A stretch of DNA of 64,000 bases from an uncultured Acidobacteriota bacterium (GTDB taxonomy: Bacteria > Acidobacteriota > Thermoanaerobaculia > Multivoradales > JAGPDF01). The DNA is taken from NCBI GenBank assembly GCA_963700315.1, contig CAVOXC010000001.1:141809-205808 (forward strand), in the 5' to 3' direction. Below, piece after piece: positions 9,179 to 18,076 of this stretch; positions within the stretch are counted from its first letter, which is position 1, and the number at the start of each line of letters is the position of its first letter. Made by a program: the position numbers and the translations under genes. The notes beneath the pieces are model-generated. The model had not been told where the DNA came from and did not search any database. It saw only the letters and a list, made by a program, of their open reading frames with translations.

Positions 9179-10372
9179 ATGCGCCGCCGGACTCCGGCCT
9201 CCTCCACCTCGCCGCTCTCGGTCCCGCGTCAGCTTCTACGCCGTCAGCCAGAAGTCTCCGGTCCGGACTTTTCCCTGCTCTGGATGTTTCTCGCCGGAGC
9301 GCTGCTGATGGCGCTCGCCTCGGCGGCCGGTGGCCAGACCGCACCGGCGCCCGAACCGGTCCCCCGGTTCTCCGGCGAGGTCACGGTCACCGAGGTACTG
9401 CTCGACGTCCTGGTCGCCGACCGCGACGGCAACCTGATTCTCGGCTTGGGTCCGGAGGACTTTCGCGTCGAGGCGGACGGCAATCCAGTCGAGCTCACCG
9501 GCCTGACTTTCTACAGCAACCGCAGGTATCTCGGGCAGGCCGACGCCGACAAGCTCGGTGTCGATCCCGACGCCGTGCCCGACCGCCGCTACTTCGTCCT
9601 CTTGTTCGATGATCAACGACGCAATGGCGGAGCCTTGCTGCAGCGGCACCTCGCCGCGACACGCGACGCCGAGCGCTGGATCGACGAGAAGCTGGAACCG
9701 GGCGACCGGGTCGCCGTCGCCAGCTTCGACGTCAAACTGAAGCTGCATGCCGACTTCACCGGTGATCGAGAGGCGCTGCGAGCTGCCGTGCGAGCGGCCG
9801 CGACGGGGCAGGAAGGAAGGGCGGAGTGGCCGTCGAGGCGATCGGGCGGCGGCGAGCTCGCGCTCGGCGCGCGTCTGCCCACGGGCAACGATCTGCGTGA
9901 CGCGACGCCGACGATCTACGAGGCGCTACAGGTCCTCGCAGACGCCGCCGCACCGATTCGGGGCCGGAAGAACCTGGTGCTCTTCTCGATCGGCTTCGGC
10001 GATCTCAATAGCATCGGCCAGTACACCAGGGACACGCGCTACCACCAGCCGACGGTAGAGGCGCTCAACGGCGGCAACGTCGCCGTCTACTCCGTGAATC
10101 TCGCCGAGCCGGGCGTCGACAATCGCCTTGCCGATGCTCTCAACGACTTCGCACTGCTCACCGGCGGTCGCGTCTTTCGGGAGGTCGTCAGCTTCACGCT
10201 GCCGCTCGAGCAGATTGCCCGCGCCACCAATGGCTATTACCTGCTCTCCTATCGGGTCGAGCACGCGGCCGGCGAGATGGGCTACCGGAAAGTCGAGGTC
10301 GACGCGCTGAATCCGGAGTTCCGCGTCACGGCGAGGCGAGGGTATCGGTTCGGCGACGGCGATAGCCCCTAG
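9179..10372 (+). CDS. VWFA-related acidobacterial-type domain protein (von Willebrand A-like) with N-terminal signal/TM
   Basis: Start chosen at the in-frame ATG 9179 (alternative 9284). Hydrophobic LLWMFLAGALLMALASAAG. FSGEVTVTEVLLDVLVADRDGNLILGLGPEDFRVEADGNPVELTGLTF resembles the N-terminal module of the TIGR03436 family as I recall it. A VWA-like core follows (YFVLLFDD..., NLVLFSIGFGD, VAVYSVN). Confidence 0.65.
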   Translation: MRRRTPASSTSPLSVPRQLLRRQPEVSGPDFSLLWMFLAGALLMALASAAGGQTAPAPEPVPRFSGEVTVTEVLLDVLVADRDGNLILGLGPEDFRVEADGNPVELTGLTFYSNRRYLGQADADKLGVDPDAVPDRRYFVLLFDDQRRNGGALLQRHLAATRDAERWIDEKLEPGDRVAVASFDVKLKLHADFTGDREALRAAVRAAATGQEGRAEWPSRRSGGGELALGARLPTGNDLRDATPTIYEALQVLADAAAPIRGRKNLVLFSIGFGDLNSIGQYTRDTRYHQPTVEALNGGNVAVYSVNLAEPGVDNRLADALNDFALLTGGRVFREVVSFTLPLEQIARATNGYYLLSYRVEHAAGEMGYRKVEVDALNPEFRVTARRGYRFGDGDSP

Positions 10373-10414
10373 GAGCCCGCGGAGCAGTCCTCGTCGAGCT
10401 GAAAGCTGCTTCGC

Positions 10415-11224
10415 TCAGACGCCCGCAGGATCGGCGTCGAAGTCGTCGTCTTCGTCGCCGCCGAGCTCTTCGATCCGGGTCAGAACCACCGAGATGTTGT
10501 CGAAACCGCCGCGGGAGTTGGCGTCGCGAACCAGCCGGCCACAAGCCTCCTCTAGGCGCTCGGTTCCCTTCAGCCGCTCGTCGATTTCCCGGTCGTTGAG
10601 CATGGTGGTCAAGCCGTCCGAGCAGAGCAAGAAGAGGTCGCCCGGCTCGACCCGGATCTCTCGGACGTCGACCACGACTTCTGCGTCGCCACCCAGCGCG
10701 CGCGTGACGACGTTCTTGAGCGGATGAACGCGCGCCTGCTCCTCGGAGAGGAAGCCAGCCACCACCTGCTCATTGACCCAAGTGTGGTCCTGCGTCATCA
10801 GCTCGAGCTTGCCGTCGCGCAGGCGGTAGGCGCGGCTGTCGCCCACGTGCGCGATCGCGGCCACCTCGCCGTCGAGCAAGAGCCCGACGACTGTGGTGCC
10901 CATGCCATGGAGCGCGCTGTCCTGGCGAATCGCTTTGAGCACGCGGTCATGCGCGATCCGGATCGAGGCGCGCAAGACGTTCGAGTGGCGACCGAGCTTG
11001 GGGTCCATCTCGAACGGCAGGGTGGCATCCTCGTCGGCGGACTTGGCGACGAACTCACGAATCGCGCCGACCGCGATGCGCGAGGCGATCTCGCCGTGGC
11101 TGTGGCCGCCCATGCCGTCCGCGACCACGAACATCTGGTGTTCGGGATCGATTTCGAAGCAATCCTCGTTGTGACTCCGGATCGCACCGACATCCGACAG
11201 GCCACATGCTCTGGCTCGCAGCAT
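10415..11224 (-). CDS. PP2C-family Ser/Thr phosphatase
   Basis: From MLRARACGLSDVGAIRSHNEDCF, then FVVADGMGGHSHGEIAS, VGDSRAY, LLCSDGLT, GGFDNISVV. The ATG overlaps the upstream stop by 1 nt (TGATG at 11222-11226). Confidence 0.85.
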   Translation of the reverse strand: MLRARACGLSDVGAIRSHNEDCFEIDPEHQMFVVADGMGGHSHGEIASRIAVGAIREFVAKSADEDATLPFEMDPKLGRHSNVLRASIRIAHDRVLKAIRQDSALHGMGTTVVGLLLDGEVAAIAHVGDSRAYRLRDGKLELMTQDHTWVNEQVVAGFLSEEQARVHPLKNVVTRALGGDAEVVVDVREIRVEPGDLFLLCSDGLTTMLNDREIDERLKGTERLEEACGRLVRDANSRGGFDNISVVLTRIEELGGDEDDDFDADPAGV

Positions 11225-11868
11225 CAACCACCCTTTCCGAACAGACCGCCCCAGCCCTTGCGGGGACCCTTGCGCAGCTCCTCGAGGGCTTTGGTGACGA
11301 CCGGATCCTCTCCGCCCCAAGCGATTGCCTCATTGTAATACTGCTCGGCCTGATCCGGCTTGCCGGCCTGGGCGAAGAGGCGGCCGGCGAGCTTGAGATA
11401 CGCGACGTTCATCGGCGCCAGCTCGCACGCGTGCTCGATCGCGCCGACCGCCCGCGACAGGTAACGGCTGTTGTGCGCCAGCGCCTGAGCCAAATGGTGC
11501 CACGACTGCGCGTTCTTCGGATCGGCCTGGGTCGCGCGCTCGAAGCTCTCGGCGGCCTGGAAGTGGTTGCCATCCTTGTAGAACTGCACCCCCGCTTCCA
11601 GATGAAAGCGGCTGAGGCGCTGGGAGTTGCCTTCGCCACCCGTCTCCGGGCGCACCAGCTCGAGGTCGTGCTGCCGGCGCCGTTCTGCGTTCGAGAGAAT
11701 GTTGAAGGCCTCGGTGATCTCCTGGAACTCCACCTCGGCCCTCTCCCGCTCGGCCCCCTGGTGCCGGTCGGGGTGACGAACACGGGCCAACTCCCGGAAC
11801 TTGTCCCGGATCTGGTCCGAGGTCGCGTTCCGGGGAACCGAAAGGGTCGCGTAGTAGTCCTTCGCCAT
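11224..11868 (-). CDS. J-domain (DnaJ-like) protein with C-terminal TPR repeats
   Basis: MAKDYYATLSVPRNATSDQIRDKFRELARVRHPDR...EITEAFNILSNAERRRQHD carries the HPD motif. TPR-like text follows (AESFERATQADPKNAQSWHHLAQAL..., AYLKLAGRLFAQAGKPDQAEQYYNEAI). Confidence 0.8.
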   Translation of the reverse strand: MAKDYYATLSVPRNATSDQIRDKFRELARVRHPDRHQGAERERAEVEFQEITEAFNILSNAERRRQHDLELVRPETGGEGNSQRLSRFHLEAGVQFYKDGNHFQAAESFERATQADPKNAQSWHHLAQALAHNSRYLSRAVGAIEHACELAPMNVAYLKLAGRLFAQAGKPDQAEQYYNEAIAWGGEDPVVTKALEELRKGPRKGWGGLFGKGG

Positions 11869-11870
11869 GC

Positions 11871-12887
11871 CTATTTGCTCTTGATCTTATACAAGCGATC
11901 GGCCTGGGACCGAACAGCTTCGGAGACGTTCCGGTCCCGGCGCAGCATCTTCAGGTCCCGCACCGAGATCCGCGCCACCATGCGGACTGCGATCCCGACC
12001 TGGGTCCTCGGATTCCGGGCCAGGTTGAGGGCGACGTTGTAGCGCGACACCCAGTCGCGCCTGCGCGCCAGGGCGCCGAGAACCTCGTCGACGACAGTCC
12101 GGCTCGACGCGATCTGCTCGACCTCGTCTTCGCTGAGCGCTGAGTTGACCAGCACCGCGGTGGCGACGATCGCATTCGTGTCCTTGATCAGAATGCCGCG
12201 CAGCGTGCGCGAAGCCCCGAGCGTGAGCTTCATGCGCACAGGCACCGGCAGGGCTCGAATCTGCCCCTCGGAGAGTCCCGTTCCCGACTCGAACTCGCCC
12301 TCGGCGGGCAGCGCTCGTACCTTCTCGATCTCGGCCCAGTCTTCGGCATCGAGCTCCAATGGCGCCGCTTCGGGACGCGCTGCCGGCCGTTTGGCGGAGC
12401 GGTCGCGCGGCAGAAGGTGCTCGCGGTACTCGAGGATGCGCCGCCTCGAATAGAGCGACAGCGCCGGGTTCTCCTCCAGCGCCTTCAGGATCTCCGGACA
12501 CTCGACGATGGCGTCCTGCCTGAGCAGCAAGATCTCCTGCAGGTCTGCCGGCAGCCGGCGCGCGAGGCCGATCATCAGAATGCGAGGAGTATCGCGGCGG
12601 CGCATGATCGCCTCGATGAGAAGCGCGTCGTCGGTCCGCTCGGCGTAGTAGCCGAGCACTTCGTGCGGCGCGTCGGTCGCCAGAAAGGCCGCGGTGAAAC
12701 GATTCTCGACCGCGGTGAGGGCTTGGTGAGCGTAGCTCGCAACGACCTCGTCCTCTGAGCCGGCCAGCTCGACCTGCACTGGAATCAACTCGTCGGCGGG
12801 GATCGGCAGGATCCCTTGCGCCGCAAGGACTCGGAGCTCCGGGCTCTCGCCCGACAACACCTGGGCGACCAGAGGATTCACGGCCAC
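11871..12887 (-). CDS. Hypothetical alpha-helical repeat protein
   Basis: 338-aa ORF with a GTG start 6 nt after the upstream stop and a stop 2 nt before the J-domain gene. Helical-repeat-like text; I recognise no catalytic motif. Confidence 0.55.
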   Translation of the reverse strand: MAVNPLVAQVLSGESPELRVLAAQGILPIPADELIPVQVELAGSEDEVVASYAHQALTAVENRFTAAFLATDAPHEVLGYYAERTDDALLIEAIMRRRDTPRILMIGLARRLPADLQEILLLRQDAIVECPEILKALEENPALSLYSRRRILEYREHLLPRDRSAKRPAARPEAAPLELDAEDWAEIEKVRALPAEGEFESGTGLSEGQIRALPVPVRMKLTLGASRTLRGILIKDTNAIVATAVLVNSALSEDEVEQIASSRTVVDEVLGALARRRDWVSRYNVALNLARNPRTQVGIAVRMVARISVRDLKMLRRDRNVSEAVRSQADRLYKIKSK

Positions 12888-12893
12888 GACGCG

Positions 12894-13769
12894 CTAGCTC
12901 TTGCCGTCTGTGGCCGCGGCGGGTCTCTCGATGCGCAGATCGCGAATGACTTTCGAGGGTCCCACCGGCAGCGGATAGGGGCGCCCGCCCACCTCGACAC
13001 GGACGGCAGCCGCGTTGCCGAGCGTCAATAAGACGTAATGGTCCGCTTCGACCTGCAACGTCTCGCCACCGGCACGCAGCTCGCTCGCTCGACGAGAGCC
13101 ATCAACGACGAGCTCGACCCAGCAGTCCTCGGAGAACTCGAGCGAGATCTCGAGTGGAGCGACGATGTCCGCACTGGCGCCTTGCGGCATCACCATCCGT
13201 GCCGGAGCCGACTCCGGAGCAGATGATGGCTCGGCAGTCTCCGGCGGCTGCGCGCGAACGGGAGCGGTGAATGTCGCCACCAGCTCGGCTGCGGGAGCGG
13301 CGCGTCTCGACGTCCGGCGCTGCTCGGCGTAGTAGGAGAGCAACGCCGCCAGACCGACGAAGGCCACCACCGCCAGCGCCAAGAGCAGACCGTAGCCGAG
13401 CGTCGAGGGCGCCGAGCTGCGCCTGGACGAGTTGCTCGGTACCTCCTCTTCGGCGTCGGGTTCGGCCTCGGAGCGAGCGATCAGATAGAGATTCACCGCC
13501 TCATCCGGGTCGAGCCCTACGACTCGCGCGTACTCGCGCAGGAATCCCTTGGCGAAGACGGGCGCGGGCAGCACGTCGAGCCGATCCTGCTCGAGCGCTT
13601 CGAGGTAGCGCAGGCTGATCTTGCTCGAGTCGGCGATGTCCCGCAGCGAAACCCCACGCGCTTCGCGCTGGCTGCGCAACCACACGCCGAGCGAGCGCTG
13701 GGCCTGAGTCGCCGCGCCAGGTGGCGGCACTCTGCCCTGCGGCCTTCCCTGGGTCATGCCCTTGGTCAT
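12894..13769 (-). CDS. RodZ-like membrane protein: XRE-type HTH, TM segment, C-terminal DUF4115-like beta domain
   Basis: LGVWLRSQREARGVSLRDIADSSKISLRYLEALEQDRLDVLPAPVFAKGFLREYARVVGLD is RodZ-like. TM segment GYGLLLALAVVAFVGLAALL. C-terminus CWVELVVDG...LTLGNAAAVRVEVGGRPY. Confidence 0.65.
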   Translation of the reverse strand: MTKGMTQGRPQGRVPPPGAATQAQRSLGVWLRSQREARGVSLRDIADSSKISLRYLEALEQDRLDVLPAPVFAKGFLREYARVVGLDPDEAVNLYLIARSEAEPDAEEEVPSNSSRRSSAPSTLGYGLLLALAVVAFVGLAALLSYYAEQRRTSRRAAPAAELVATFTAPVRAQPPETAEPSSAPESAPARMVMPQGASADIVAPLEISLEFSEDCWVELVVDGSRRASELRAGGETLQVEADHYVLLTLGNAAAVRVEVGGRPYPLPVGPSKVIRDLRIERPAAATDGKS

Positions 13770-13835
13770 CGCTCACCGACGCCCCGGGATCGGGACCGAG
13801 CCCTCCTCGAAACCTCGAAGTCCTTCAGAGAATTG

Positions 13836-13864
13836 AGTTTACCGGGAGATTCACGGCGGGTCAA
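13836..13864 (-). promoter_or_regulatory. Candidate sigma70-type promoter for the RodZ-like/J-TPR/PP2C cluster
   Basis: The minus strand reads TTGACC (13859-13864), 17 nt, then TAAACT (13836-13841). It starts directly after the upstream stop codon, and the RodZ-like ATG is about 65 nt downstream. Confidence 0.35.
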
Positions 13865-14623
13865 TCAAACTCGGCGGCCACCCCCGGCCCGGCCGCCCGC
13901 CAAGAGCTCCGCGCGGCGGCGCAGCGGCAGCAGCAGCCGCGGGTCGGCAGCCACGGCCTTGAGGTCGGTCTTCTTCAGCATCGGCAGCAGTCCGAGTGCC
14001 TGCGAGAGGGGCGTCGAGGGGTTTCGACTCAACGCCACCCGGATCGGATAGCGGACCCCCCAGCGCGGGTGCGAGGCTAGGACCGCCAGAGCCTGGGGCG
14101 TCGACCTCTCGCCCGTCGCCAGCGGTAGCAGCAGCCCCTCGGTCAAGCGCGGGTTCTCGAGCAACGCGGCCAGCACGCGCGGGGTGGGGTCGCTTCGCAG
14201 GTTCGAGATCACCGTCCGGCTCGCGGACCGGGCGATCGCCACCTTCTCACCCACCGCGAGCCCGGGCAATCGCCCGATCAGACGGCGATCTGCGGCGCCA
14301 CGGACGACGGGGTGAACGCGGGTATCGATCCCCAGTCGGACCAGGTCGAGCCAGTAGAGGCCCTCGATGAAACGAACGGCGTCGAGCCGCGGCGTCTTCG
14401 GATGAAAGGCCGCCGAACGGCGCACCTCGTAGGCGGAGATCAGCCGGCGCGAGCCCACCAGCGTCTCGATCATTCCGACGGTGAGGTAGGGATTCCGGAA
14501 AACGAGGCGCACGGCCGGCACGTCCAGGTCGTCGAGGTGGTCGGCCAGCAAGGCGCCGAGCTCCTCCTCTCCCGCTTCGCGCAGCCGATCGCGCCAGTCC
14601 GCAGCGTCCCCTCTTTCGTCCAT
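13865..14623 (-). CDS. Hypothetical alpha-helical repeat protein; C-terminus resembles that of 11871..12887
   Basis: Start trimmed to MDERGDAADW (ATG 14623). Repeated xNPxTP/LRxxP helical units. RWGVRYPIRVALSRNPSTPL...LKKTDLKAVAADPRL parallels DWVSRYNVALNLARNPRTQV...ISVRDLKMLRRDRNV in the other protein. Confidence 0.5.
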   Translation of the reverse strand: MDERGDAADWRDRLREAGEEELGALLADHLDDLDVPAVRLVFRNPYLTVGMIETLVGSRRLISAYEVRRSAAFHPKTPRLDAVRFIEGLYWLDLVRLGIDTRVHPVVRGAADRRLIGRLPGLAVGEKVAIARSASRTVISNLRSDPTPRVLAALLENPRLTEGLLLPLATGERSTPQALAVLASHPRWGVRYPIRVALSRNPSTPLSQALGLLPMLKKTDLKAVAADPRLLLPLRRRAELLAGGRAGGGRRV

Positions 14624-14665
14624 CCTTCCACCCGAGCGGCCCGGCTGCTGCTCTGATATCGTTCC

Positions 14666-16756
14666 TTGCTCGTGAGTCGCCGGACATTCGAACAATACCG
14701 ATCTTCCGACCAACTCGGTGAGCTCGACGACGACTGGCTCGAAGCCGTCGACGACACGCCCGAGGATCTCGACTACTTTCTGTCGCTGGCACAACCGCTC
14801 GCCGAAGAGGGCGAGCAGGATCGTGCCCGGGACCTGCTCGACCTCTACCTCGACGAGCTCTCGAAGCGAGAGCTCTGGGGGGTGCGGCTCGAGCTGCTGC
14901 GCCGCGCGGGCACGCTCGCGGTCAAGCAGAACCGACTGCAGCGAGAGGTGCTACAGACCCTCGAGGCGATGTGGGGCGACCGACCGACCTTTCGCGAGAT
15001 GGTCGAGCATGTCGGCCTCCATCGTTCCATCGACGAGCCCACCAAGCTCTGGGATCGCGCGGGGCGCCTCTTGAGTCTTCTGGTCTTCGACGTCGGTACC
15101 GTCGTCGCCATGCCGGGCCAGGGCGTCGGGCGTGTGGCCGAGGTCAACCTGCCGCTCGAGAGCCTGAAGCTCGACTTCGACAAGAAGTCAGGCGTCACTG
15201 TCGGTTTCCGGGCCGCTGCCAAGCTGCTCAAACCGTTACCCCCCGGAAACCTGTTGCGCCGCCAGATCGAGGACCCCGAGAGTCTGGCCCGGCTCCGCGA
15301 CGAGAGTCCTTCCGAGCTGCTGCGGGCGGCTCTCGAGACCTCTGAGAAGCCAATGGCTGCTGCCGAGGTCCGCGAGCTTCTTACCGGTATCGTCGATCCT
15401 TCTCAATGGACCTCGTGGTGGGCGGCGGCGCGCAAGCACCCTCAGGTGGTTGCTTCGACCGTCGGGCGCCAGAGCTATCGCTGGGAGACGTCGGCCAAGG
15501 GCGCTCAGACGGCAATCCGCGAGTCCTTCGCCCGCTCCGAGCCACGCGCCCGGCTGGAGGTCTTTCGCAAGAACGCCGGGCGCGACGAGGAGCTGGTTCG
15601 CGAGATGGCAGGCAACCTCGCCGCCACGGCGGCGGAGCTGACCGAGAGGCAGCCTGGGCTCGCCTTCGAGACATGGTTCACCCTCGAGCGAGCGGGCCGG
15701 CTCCCCGCCGCGCTCGAGGCGGTACTCGAGCGACTCGTTGGCCCGGAAGGCAACGCCGCCGGACTGCTGGCAGGCATCGAGGACCGGCCGCTGCGCGAGC
15801 GAGCGCTCGGCATGTTGCGCGAGCGCCGCCCGGACTGGCCGGAGGTCTACCGTGAGCACTTCGCGCGCGAGTCCGATCCGCGGGTGCTCACGCTTCTCGC
15901 CGAAGGCCTCGTAGAGGCGGATCCGGAGGCCACCGCGAGACTGTTCGACGACCTGCTCGCCCAGCCGAGAAGGCTGCCAGCCGCGTTCGTTTGGCTCGCC
16001 GAGCGCGCCACGGACGACGAGGCCTTGCGCGCACGCGCGCCGCTGCGGCTGCTGCAGCAGATCCTCGCCGCCCTCATCGGCTCCGAGTTCGCGACGTTCA
16101 GGACCCGCCTACGACCGCTGGTCGAGTCGGGAGGTACCCTGCCACGACTGTTCGCTCACTTGGAAGAGGAGCAAGCCAAGGCCGCGCTCGAGTCGATCCG
16201 GCGCTCCGCCGCGCTCGAGGCCTACCAGAAAGAGCCCCTCGGCAACGCGCTCGTGATGCGCTTTCCCGGGCTCCGCGAGGAAGCCTCGGGCGGCCCCCTC
16301 TACTCCACGCCCGAAGCGATCGCCGCCAAGCACGCGGAATTGAGGCGACTGCAAGAGATCGACATCCCCGCCAATCGCAAGGCGATCGAAGAGGCCCGCG
16401 CGATGGGAGACCTGCGTGAGAACTTCGAGTACAAGTCGGCGAGAGAGCGACACGAGTACCTGAACTCCCGCGTCGCGGCGCTCCATCGTGACCTCGACAG
16501 AGCACGCCCTATCGACTTCGCCAACCTCGATCTGTCGGAGGTTCGAATCGGGGCCAGGGTCGGCCTCGTGACCGAGGAAGGCACCCAGAGGACATTCAGC
16601 CTCCTCGGCCCCTGGGACAGCCAGCCCGAGAAAGGGACTCTCTCCTACGAGAGCGAGCTCGCGCGCAAGCTTCTCGGCCGGCGCCTCGGAGACCTCGTCC
16701 GAGTTGGCGACACCGGCTACAAAGTCACGGCGATCGAGCCTTACCGCAGGTCCTGA
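14666..16756 (+). CDS. GreA/GreB-family transcript cleavage factor homologue with an N-terminal extension of about 545 aa
   Basis: The last 150 aa or so read as a complete Gre factor: AKHAELRRLQEIDIPANRKAIEEARAMGDLRENFEYKSARERHEYLNSRVAALHRDL (coiled coil with the acidic DxxE tip), then VRIGARVGL...SYESELARKLLGRRLGDLV. TTG start at 14666. Confidence 0.7.
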   Translation: MLVSRRTFEQYRSSDQLGELDDDWLEAVDDTPEDLDYFLSLAQPLAEEGEQDRARDLLDLYLDELSKRELWGVRLELLRRAGTLAVKQNRLQREVLQTLEAMWGDRPTFREMVEHVGLHRSIDEPTKLWDRAGRLLSLLVFDVGTVVAMPGQGVGRVAEVNLPLESLKLDFDKKSGVTVGFRAAAKLLKPLPPGNLLRRQIEDPESLARLRDESPSELLRAALETSEKPMAAAEVRELLTGIVDPSQWTSWWAAARKHPQVVASTVGRQSYRWETSAKGAQTAIRESFARSEPRARLEVFRKNAGRDEELVREMAGNLAATAAELTERQPGLAFETWFTLERAGRLPAALEAVLERLVGPEGNAAGLLAGIEDRPLRERALGMLRERRPDWPEVYREHFARESDPRVLTLLAEGLVEADPEATARLFDDLLAQPRRLPAAFVWLAERATDDEALRARAPLRLLQQILAALIGSEFATFRTRLRPLVESGGTLPRLFAHLEEEQAKAALESIRRSAALEAYQKEPLGNALVMRFPGLREEASGGPLYSTPEAIAAKHAELRRLQEIDIPANRKAIEEARAMGDLRENFEYKSARERHEYLNSRVAALHRDLDRARPIDFANLDLSEVRIGARVGLVTEEGTQRTFSLLGPWDSQPEKGTLSYESELARKLLGRRLGDLVRVGDTGYKVTAIEPYRRS

Positions 16757-17406
16757 CCGGCGCCGCCCTCGGATCCAGTCGCGGGCTCCGGCTCGAGCCG
16801 GAGCCACTCTCCGCCGACCCAGAGCTCCACGGCCTCCCGGCGCACCAGCGCCGTGAGCTCCGGCCGATCCCGCAGCAGGGCGTCACGCTCGAATGCCGTC
16901 GCGATTCGCACCGGACCAGTGGCGATGTCGGGACCGATGATCCGCTCGCGCCAGATTTCTCCCTGCCAGCTCAGCTCGACCCCATCGACCGCTAACGGGG
17001 CGGGATTCAGTCGGAGAAGCCGCGGAGCCGCCGGCCCGGTTCCCTCCTGGGGACGTGCAGCCCAGTGCGCTACCAGCGCGAAGAGCATGACGGCCAGGCC
17101 GAGCACGGCCACGAGAGGAAGCGCCAGGGGGCCGGCGACGACCGGCGCCTCGAAGCGGACGAGCCCGGGGCGACGCCGCTCCGCCGCGCCCGGCCGCGCC
17201 AGGTTGGTGAGCGCGAGATCGAGCGCTCGCGGCGGGCGAGTGCGCTCCAGGGCAGCCAAGCTCCTCGCCACCGAGCGCAACCCTTCGAGCCGATGCCGGC
17301 ACTCCGGGCAGGCCACGAGGTGGGACGCGGCCCTGGCCCGCCCCGCGGTCGGCGCCTCACCGTCGAGCAGAGCGGACAGACTCTCGAGCGCGAGGTGCGC
17401 GGTCAT
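16741..17406 (-). CDS. Anti-sigma factor (zf-HC2 type), single TM
   Basis: Trimmed to MTAHLALESLSALLDGEAP...HLVACPECRHRLEGL (H-x3-C-x2-C). TM segment GPLALPLVAVLGLAVMLFALVA. The ATG overlaps the sigma gene stop (ATGA, 17403-17406). Confidence 0.7.
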   Translation of the reverse strand: MTAHLALESLSALLDGEAPTAGRARAASHLVACPECRHRLEGLRSVARSLAALERTRPPRALDLALTNLARPGAAERRRPGLVRFEAPVVAGPLALPLVAVLGLAVMLFALVAHWAARPQEGTGPAAPRLLRLNPAPLAVDGVELSWQGEIWRERIIGPDIATGPVRIATAFERDALLRDRPELTALVRREAVELWVGGEWLRLEPEPATGSEGGAGQDLR

Positions 17407-17990
17407 CGCAGTCCCTCCAGAGCGGAGCGCAGCGTTTCCCGGCCGCGCGCAATCCGCGAACGTACCGTGCCGATGGGAATCGATAGCACCTGGGCGATCT
17501 CCTCGTAGCCGAGCCCTTCGACGTCGCGCAACACCACCGCCTCGCGAAACGCGATTGGCAGGTCGATCAACGCCGCCAAGAGTCTGCGCTCGAATTGGGC
17601 GCTCGCCGCGCGCGCCTCGGGATCTGGCTCCGCGGCAGCCGGTTCGCCTCCAGGTTCGAGCAGGCGGCTGTCGAGGGAGACCTCGGGACGACGACGACGC
17701 GAGAGCCGGCCACGACAATGGTTGACCGTCACTCGGTAGATCCACGTCCGCAGAGACGAGCCTCCGCGGAACTTGCCCAGGTGACGGTGGATCCTCATGA
17801 AGACCTCCTGGGTGAGGTCCGCCGCGGTGTCTCGATTCCCCGTCAGGCGCAGGCAGAGGTTGAAGACCAAGTCCGCATGGCGCGAGTGGAGCTCGCGAAA
17901 GGCCGCTTCGTCCCCGCTGGCACAGCGACGGGCGAGGTCGAGATCAGCCATTCGGCCGGTACCGAGCGCAAGAGACATGGTCAGGGCCAT
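17403..17990 (-). CDS. ECF sigma factor (RpoE/SigE-like)
   Basis: Region 2: AFRELHSRHADLVFNLCLRLTGNRDTAADLTQEVFMRIHRHL. Region 4: FREAVVLRDVEGLGYEEIAQVLSIPIGTVRSRIARGR. Start ambiguous (GTG 17996, ATG 17990, ATG 17951); ATG 17990 follows GGGAG by 5 nt. Confidence 0.85.
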   Translation of the reverse strand: MALTMSLALGTGRMADLDLARRCASGDEAAFRELHSRHADLVFNLCLRLTGNRDTAADLTQEVFMRIHRHLGKFRGGSSLRTWIYRVTVNHCRGRLSRRRRPEVSLDSRLLEPGGEPAAAEPDPEARAASAQFERRLLAALIDLPIAFREAVVLRDVEGLGYEEIAQVLSIPIGTVRSRIARGRETLRSALEGLR

Positions 17991-18007
17991 CGACACTCCC
18001 TGTCACG

Positions 18008-18036
18008 TTGGACCCGGACGGCAAGCCCCTGGTTCC
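18008..18036 (-). promoter_or_regulatory. Candidate ECF-type promoter upstream of the sigma/anti-sigma pair
   Basis: The minus strand reads GGAAC (18032-18036), 18 nt, then GTCCAA (18008-18013). GGGAG and ATG 17990 follow. Confidence 0.35.
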
Positions 18037-18076
18037 CGCCGGAATCCCCGGACAGCGCAGCAACGGCTGTACCAGG

